DNA from: Enterobacter phage EspM4VN
DNA length: 64,000 nucleotides
Sequence record: LC373201.2
Strand: one strand, 5' to 3'
Made by a program: the position numbers and the translations under genes. The notes under the pieces were generated by a model. That model searched no databases and was not told the DNA's origin. It saw only the letters and a list, made by a program, of their open reading frames with translations. Positions 59,530-64,000 of the stretch are shown here, one piece after another; position 1 is the first letter of the stretch; the number at the start of each line of letters is the position of its first letter.

Positions 59530-60198
59530 ATGATGAAACTGTTGCGTGAGATCACGGCGATAGGGAAAGACCTCCAAATCGGTGAAAGCACCACCTCCAC
59601 TGGGGGTAAGGCTATGTTCATCGAAGGTCCATTCGTGATGTGTAATCAGGTGAACCGTAATGGACGCAACTACGATCTCCAGAAAGTGGGCATGCCAGCT
59701 GTCGAAGCATATGACAAAGAGTATGTTCAAGATCGTCGCGCAATCGGTGAACTCAAACATCCCGACTACCCTTTCCCAGATATTGCTGAAGCTGCGCTGA
59801 AGACCGAGAGCCTCCGTTGGGAGGGCACGAACGCAATCGGTCGAGCGCGTGTGCTAAATACACCAAAAGGCCAGATCATTCGTGCTCTGGCTGAAGCAGA
59901 CTTCAACTTGGCCGTGTCTACACGTGGCCTTGGTGAGACCAAGTCAGTAAACGGTTATGATGACGTTCAACCTGGCTTTATGCTCACTGCTGTTGATGCA
60001 GTCGACCGTCCTTCTGGACAAGTTTGTTATGTAAAGGCTGTGAGCGAATCTGTTGAATGGCAGCTTGATGAATCTTCAGGGATTTGGGTTCCTAAGGACA
60101 TCAAAGGGCAAGTGGTCGATTCATTGGTGAAAACCAATATTCAGTTCGAAGACGACTTCCTGCGCCGCCTCGATATCGCATTGAGACATCTGGGCTGA
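59530..60198 (+). CDS. prohead core protein protease (T4 gp21-like)
   Basis: QVNRNGRNY, RAIGELKHP, LNTPKGQI and AVSTRGLG match gp21 IVNRNGRLY, RALGELNHP, LNTPMGNI and GVSSRGLG. Confidence 0.8.
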   Translation: MMKLLREITAIGKDLQIGESTTSTGGKAMFIEGPFVMCNQVNRNGRNYDLQKVGMPAVEAYDKEYVQDRRAIGELKHPDYPFPDIAEAALKTESLRWEGTNAIGRARVLNTPKGQIIRALAEADFNLAVSTRGLGETKSVNGYDDVQPGFMLTAVDAVDRPSGQVCYVKAVSESVEWQLDESSGIWVPKDIKGQVVDSLVKTNIQFEDDFLRRLDIALRHLG

Positions 60199-60209
60199 AT
60201 TCAGCCTCA

Positions 60210-60218
60210 CTAAATACT
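60210..60218 (+). promoter_or_regulatory. late promoter motif CTAAATACT
   Basis: About 25 nt upstream of the scaffold gene. Confidence 0.4.
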
Positions 60219-60243
60219 GAAAATCGTTCAGAAGGAAATAATC

Positions 60244-61119
60244 ATGAAACCTGAATTGCAAAAACTGTTTGAGGGCGTTAACGGCCTCAGCACCGACTTC
60301 CTGGATAAAGTGTCCGGTCTGCTGGAATCTAAAGTAGAAGCCGCTCGCCTGACCGCTATTCAAGAAACCGAAAACGCTGCCAACGTTGAGCGCCTGCGTC
60401 TGGTTGAAGCTCATCAGTCTGAGATTGCTCAGCTGAAAGAGTCTCACTTGATGGAGATCGCAACCAAAGTTGACAGCTTCCTGAACGCTGTTGTAGAAGA
60501 GTGGGCTAACACCAACGCTCCTGCAATCGATGCTCAGATCAAGCGTGAAGCAGCTGAAAACCTGCTGACTGGCCTGACTGGCGTTCTGAAAGAAGCTGGT
60601 ATCAACTTTGCGACTGACGAAAACGGCCAGATCGCTGCGCTGACTGCCCGCCTGACTGAAGCAGAACAACGTGCTGCGGCTGCTGAAAGCGAAAACCGTC
60701 AAATCAAAGAAGCCGCGAATGCAACTCTGCGCGACTCTGTGATCACCCGTATCTGTGAAGGTATGGTCGACACCAAGAAAGCAACGGTTGTCAATCTGCT
60801 GGAAGCGGTGCAGTTCACCACCGAAAGCGAATTCGCTTCCCGCGTACACACCTTCCGCAACCTGGTAGAAGGTAAGTCCGCGAAGAAAGAAGGCGATGAC
60901 GATGACTTCCAGGACAAAGTCGGCGGCAAAGACGGTGACGACGACAATAAAGACAAAGGCGACAAAGACAAAGTCGACGAAGGCAAAAAGCCTAAGAAAG
61001 AAGGCGATGACGACAAAGACGATGATAAAGACGATGAAGATGAAACAGACAAAGAGCTGAAAGAATCTATCAAGCGTCAGTTGGAAGACTACAATCGTCG
61101 CTTCGGCATCAACGGCTAA
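60244..61119 (+). CDS. prohead scaffolding protein (T4 gp22-like)
   Basis: Coiled-coil-rich, with an acidic/K-rich D/K/E tail; sits between protease and major capsid protein. Confidence 0.65.
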   Translation: MKPELQKLFEGVNGLSTDFLDKVSGLLESKVEAARLTAIQETENAANVERLRLVEAHQSEIAQLKESHLMEIATKVDSFLNAVVEEWANTNAPAIDAQIKREAAENLLTGLTGVLKEAGINFATDENGQIAALTARLTEAEQRAAAAESENRQIKEAANATLRDSVITRICEGMVDTKKATVVNLLEAVQFTTESEFASRVHTFRNLVEGKSAKKEGDDDDFQDKVGGKDGDDDNKDKGDKDKVDEGKKPKKEGDDDKDDDKDDEDETDKELKESIKRQLEDYNRRFGING

Positions 61120-61210
61120 TTTTAGCAGCCACAGCCCTCGAAAGGGGGCTTGATTTTGAACTACTAAGTAATTTCAACTTAACTGAATATCAATGTAAGG
61201 AATGACCATC

Positions 61211-62533
61211 ATGGCTAAGAAACTTGTTACCGAACAAATGCGCGAGCAGTGGCTGCCAGTTCTTCAGAAAGAATCTGAAAGTATCCAGCCGCTTTCTGCC
61301 GAAAACGTTGCCGTCCGCCTGCTGCAAAACCAGGCTGAGTGGAACGCCAAAAACCTGGGCGAATCCGACGCTCCTGGTTCTGTAAACGCCTCTGTGGGCA
61401 AATGGCAGCCAGTCCTGATCGACATGGCTAAACGTCTGGCTCCGATCAACATCGCGATGGACTTCTTCGGTGTTCAGCCGCTGTCTGGTCCTGACGGTCA
61501 GATCTTTGCTCTGCGTGCTCGCCAGGGTATCGCCGACGGTTCCAACACCCAACAGTCCCGTAAAGAACTGTTCATGCAGGAAGCTGATTCTGGCTACTCT
61601 GGTGACGGTACTGTACAGGCTGGTGACCCATCTGGCTTTACTCAGGCCGAGATCGAAGGTTCCGGCGCTGGCGTGACCACCATCGGTAAAGGCATGCCAA
61701 CCACCGACGCTGAACTGCTGGGTACTACCACCAACCCTTGGGCGCGTGTTGGTATCACCGTTCAGAAAGCAACCGTGACTGCGAAGTCTCGCGGCCTGTA
61801 CGCTGACTACAGCCACGAGCTGCGTCAGGACATGATGGCGATCCACGGCGAAGACGTTGACAGCATCCTGTCCGACGTGATGGTAACTGAAATTCAGGCC
61901 GAGATGAACCGTGAGTTTATCCGCACCATGAACTTCAGCGCAGTACGCTTCAAAAAATTCGGCGCAAACGGCGTTGTAGACATCTCCACCGACATCTCCG
62001 GTCGTTGGGCGCTGGAAAAATGGAAGTACATGACTTTCATGCTGGAAGTCGAAGCGAACGGCATCGGTGTTGACACCCGTCGTGGTAAAGGCAACCGTGT
62101 TCTGTGTTCTCCGAACGTAGCATCCGCTCTGGCGATGTCCGGCATGCTGGATTACGCTCCGGCACTGCAGGAAAACACCAAGCTGGCGATCGACCCAACT
62201 GGCCAGACCTTCGCTGGTGTTCTGTCTAACGGTATGCGTGTCTACATCGACCCGTATGCAGTAGCAGAGTACATCACCCTGGCATACAAAGGCGCGACCG
62301 CGCTGGATGCTGGTATCTTCTTCGCGCCGTATGTGCCGCTGGAAATGTACCGCACCCAGGGTGAAACCACCTTCAGCCCACGTATGGCGTTCAAAACTCG
62401 TTACGGCATCTGCGCGAACCCATTCGTACAGATCCCAGCGAACCAGGACCCACAGGTTTACGTGACTGCCGACGGTATCGCTCAGGACAGCAACCCTTAC
62501 TTCCGTAAAGGTCTGATCAAAGGTCTGTTCTAA
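61211..62533 (+). CDS. major capsid protein (T4 gp23-like)
   Basis: FFGVQPLSGPDGQIFALRA, TDNPWARVGITVQKATVTAKSR, FAGVLSNGMRVYIDPYA and AFKTRYGICANPF parallel the gp23 signature segments. Confidence 0.9.
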   Translation: MAKKLVTEQMREQWLPVLQKESESIQPLSAENVAVRLLQNQAEWNAKNLGESDAPGSVNASVGKWQPVLIDMAKRLAPINIAMDFFGVQPLSGPDGQIFALRARQGIADGSNTQQSRKELFMQEADSGYSGDGTVQAGDPSGFTQAEIEGSGAGVTTIGKGMPTTDAELLGTTTNPWARVGITVQKATVTAKSRGLYADYSHELRQDMMAIHGEDVDSILSDVMVTEIQAEMNREFIRTMNFSAVRFKKFGANGVVDISTDISGRWALEKWKYMTFMLEVEANGIGVDTRRGKGNRVLCSPNVASALAMSGMLDYAPALQENTKLAIDPTGQTFAGVLSNGMRVYIDPYAVAEYITLAYKGATALDAGIFFAPYVPLEMYRTQGETTFSPRMAFKTRYGICANPFVQIPANQDPQVYVTADGIAQDSNPYFRKGLIKGLF

Positions 62534-62552
62534 TCTAACAGACTGGTCCTAC

Positions 62553-62577
62553 AAAACCCCGCTTCGGCGGGGTTTTT
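62553..62577 (+). terminator. intrinsic terminator AAAACCCCGCttcgGCGGGGTTTTT
   Basis: Strong hairpin plus T-run after the capsid gene. Confidence 0.65.
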
Positions 62578-62625
62578 CATTATGGGGATTCGCTATATGA
62601 TGTGCCAAACTAATTGGAGGCCATC

Positions 62626-62850
62626 ATGATTGACAAAGAAATAGACATCCGCGGCATAGAGCTGCAGGGCACCAAGAAATATATCGTCTCCATACTGGAA
62701 GACATAGACAAAGAAACAAGCGAAACCCGCAAAGGATTCGGGTGGCTGTTGCGATCTAAAGAATTGGAGAGTCTCCGCCTGTTCAGGCGAGTTGTCTGCA
62801 TTATGCTTGACGACATCAATGAAAAGATCGCCAAGCACATTCCGAGCTAA
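62626..62850 (+). CDS. hypothetical protein (about 74 aa, start MIDKEID)
   Basis: GGAGG RBS. Confidence 0.4.
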   Translation: MIDKEIDIRGIELQGTKKYIVSILEDIDKETSETRKGFGWLLRSKELESLRLFRRVVCIMLDDINEKIAKHIPS

Positions 62851-62942
62851 TTCCTTTATCGTGTCGATTTAATACCCGCGTTGTTCAATACACCCACCTG
62901 TTGTATGCTTATACAGTCAACCATACAACAGGAGTACAAATC

Positions 62943-63260
62943 ATGTCAAGTAACCTCGTAGCACCACCACAATCCGTGTCCCAAATCTTGGTCAATGCTC
63001 GTTCTCATAAAGAGCGTCTGTGCAACCTCCTCACCAATATCAGAAACATCCGTATCCAACTCGACGGTGATTTCCCAACCCCTCAGAATGGGGACGACAA
63101 AGAAGTGGCCACGCCTGGTCTGGTTGGCAGGGTGATTGACATCCAGTCTGATCAGGACGATATTGTCGACGCTATCTTTACCCATCTGGATGTGATCCAT
63201 GAAAAGTTGGGCAGTTCCTATCACCCAGATTGTGAAGATGAAAGAGACTCAGGCAATTAA
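62943..63260 (+). CDS. hypothetical protein (about 105 aa, start MSSNLVAPPQ)
   Basis: AGGAG RBS, preceded by an 11-bp inverted repeat at 62906-62938. Confidence 0.4.
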   Translation: MSSNLVAPPQSVSQILVNARSHKERLCNLLTNIRNIRIQLDGDFPTPQNGDDKEVATPGLVGRVIDIQSDQDDIVDAIFTHLDVIHEKLGSSYHPDCEDERDSGN

Positions 63261-63317
63261 TCTAAGCCTTGGGGTGGATATATAATACATTCACCATATT
63301 CACCCCAGGAGTCTTGA

Positions 63318-64000
63318 ATGAAAAAGGCTATATTCATTTGTAACCTGACCGACATCATGGCAGAGCCGTGGCACAAAGCAGGTTACGAATGCTGGTTGTT
63401 CGATGCCCAACATCCTGAAGGTTGCCACAAAGGCGACGATGGGATCTACAGAGTCGGTTGCTGGCTCAATACCCCCGAAGATATCTTCCGCCATACTGGG
63501 CGCGACAACATTGCGTTCGTCATGGGGTTCCCTGAATGTACCCATCTCACTGTGACAGGATCGCGCTGGTTTGAATCCAAGCGTGAAGAGGATCCGTTGT
63601 TCCAAGAGAAGGCAATGGAACTGGTCTATCTGTGCCGCGATGTTGGTGAGGCTGCAGGTTGCCCATGGGCGCTTGAGAACCCCGTCAGCGTGATCTCATC
63701 CTTCTGGAGACCATCCGACTTTCTTATCAACCCACATGAATACGGTGCATACCTCCCTGAAGATGATGAGCACCCTCTGTATCCCAAGTACATCAAGCCC
63801 CGCGACGCATACACGAAGAAGACTTGTCTTTGGGTGGGCGGCGGTTTTAAACTGCCTGAGAAGAAGCCCGTGGGTCCAGATGGCACAGCCCTGGTTCATG
63901 GTCGCCATCCTGATCCTAAGCTGGCACACACTCTGCTGTATCCTGAGGGGGAAGACAGGGCTGGCGAGCCGATGTATGACGAGCGCGGTTATCCGGACTG
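63318..64000 (+). CDS. hypothetical protein (5' part; continues beyond window end)
   Basis: Open frame from the ATG at 63318 (MKKAIFICNLTDIMAEPWHKAGYECWLFD...) with no stop before 64000. Cys-rich. Confidence 0.45.
   Translation, partial: MKKAIFICNLTDIMAEPWHKAGYECWLFDAQHPEGCHKGDDGIYRVGCWLNTPEDIFRHTGRDNIAFVMGFPECTHLTVTGSRWFESKREEDPLFQEKAMELVYLCRDVGEAAGCPWALENPVSVISSFWRPSDFLINPHEYGAYLPEDDEHPLYPKYIKPRDAYTKKTCLWVGGGFKLPEKKPVGPDGTALVHGRHPDPKLAHTLLYPEGEDRAGEPMYDERGYPD

Overview
This window reads as a T4-superfamily myovirus with Ackermannviridae (ViI/CBA120-like) hallmarks. It is densely coding except for one ORF-poor stretch (26.6-28.4 kb).

Layout:
- 1-24.4 kb, mostly minus strand: early and DNA-metabolism genes. 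These include rIIB- and rIIA-like genes, a family-B DNA polymerase, a LemA-family protein and many small membrane proteins. A likely thymidine-hypermodification toolkit is also here: a P-loop 5-hmdU-DNA-kinase-like protein, a fold-type-II PLP enzyme and an NT5C 5'-deoxynucleotidase. A plus-strand island sits at 18.2-20.6 kb.
- 24.4-28.6 kb, minus strand: a tRNA cluster (Ser-GCT, an Ile-GAT-like tRNA, Tyr-GTA, Asn-GTT, Ser-TGA) interleaved with two paralogous small-protein genes and several orphan T-arm tRNA-like fragments. It is followed by about 1.8 kb of ORF-poor, hairpin-rich sequence.
- 29.5-64 kb, plus strand: the late structural module in T4 synteny. It runs gp6-like baseplate wedge, a tail fiber with tandem repeats, four consecutive tailspike genes with shared N-terminal modules, a 1586-aa structural protein, gp13/14/15-like neck genes, terminase small and large subunits, sheath, tube, portal, prohead core proteins, protease, scaffold and major capsid protein.

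Notable points:
- The large terminase carries a mini-intein in its Walker A P-loop.
- Late genes carry a CTAAATAcCcc-type late-promoter motif, often followed by its own inverted complement.
- Five conserved genes, including the tail tube, are broken by apparent single-nucleotide deletions. All five need +1 nt to restore the frame, which suggests systematic sequencing indels rather than biology.
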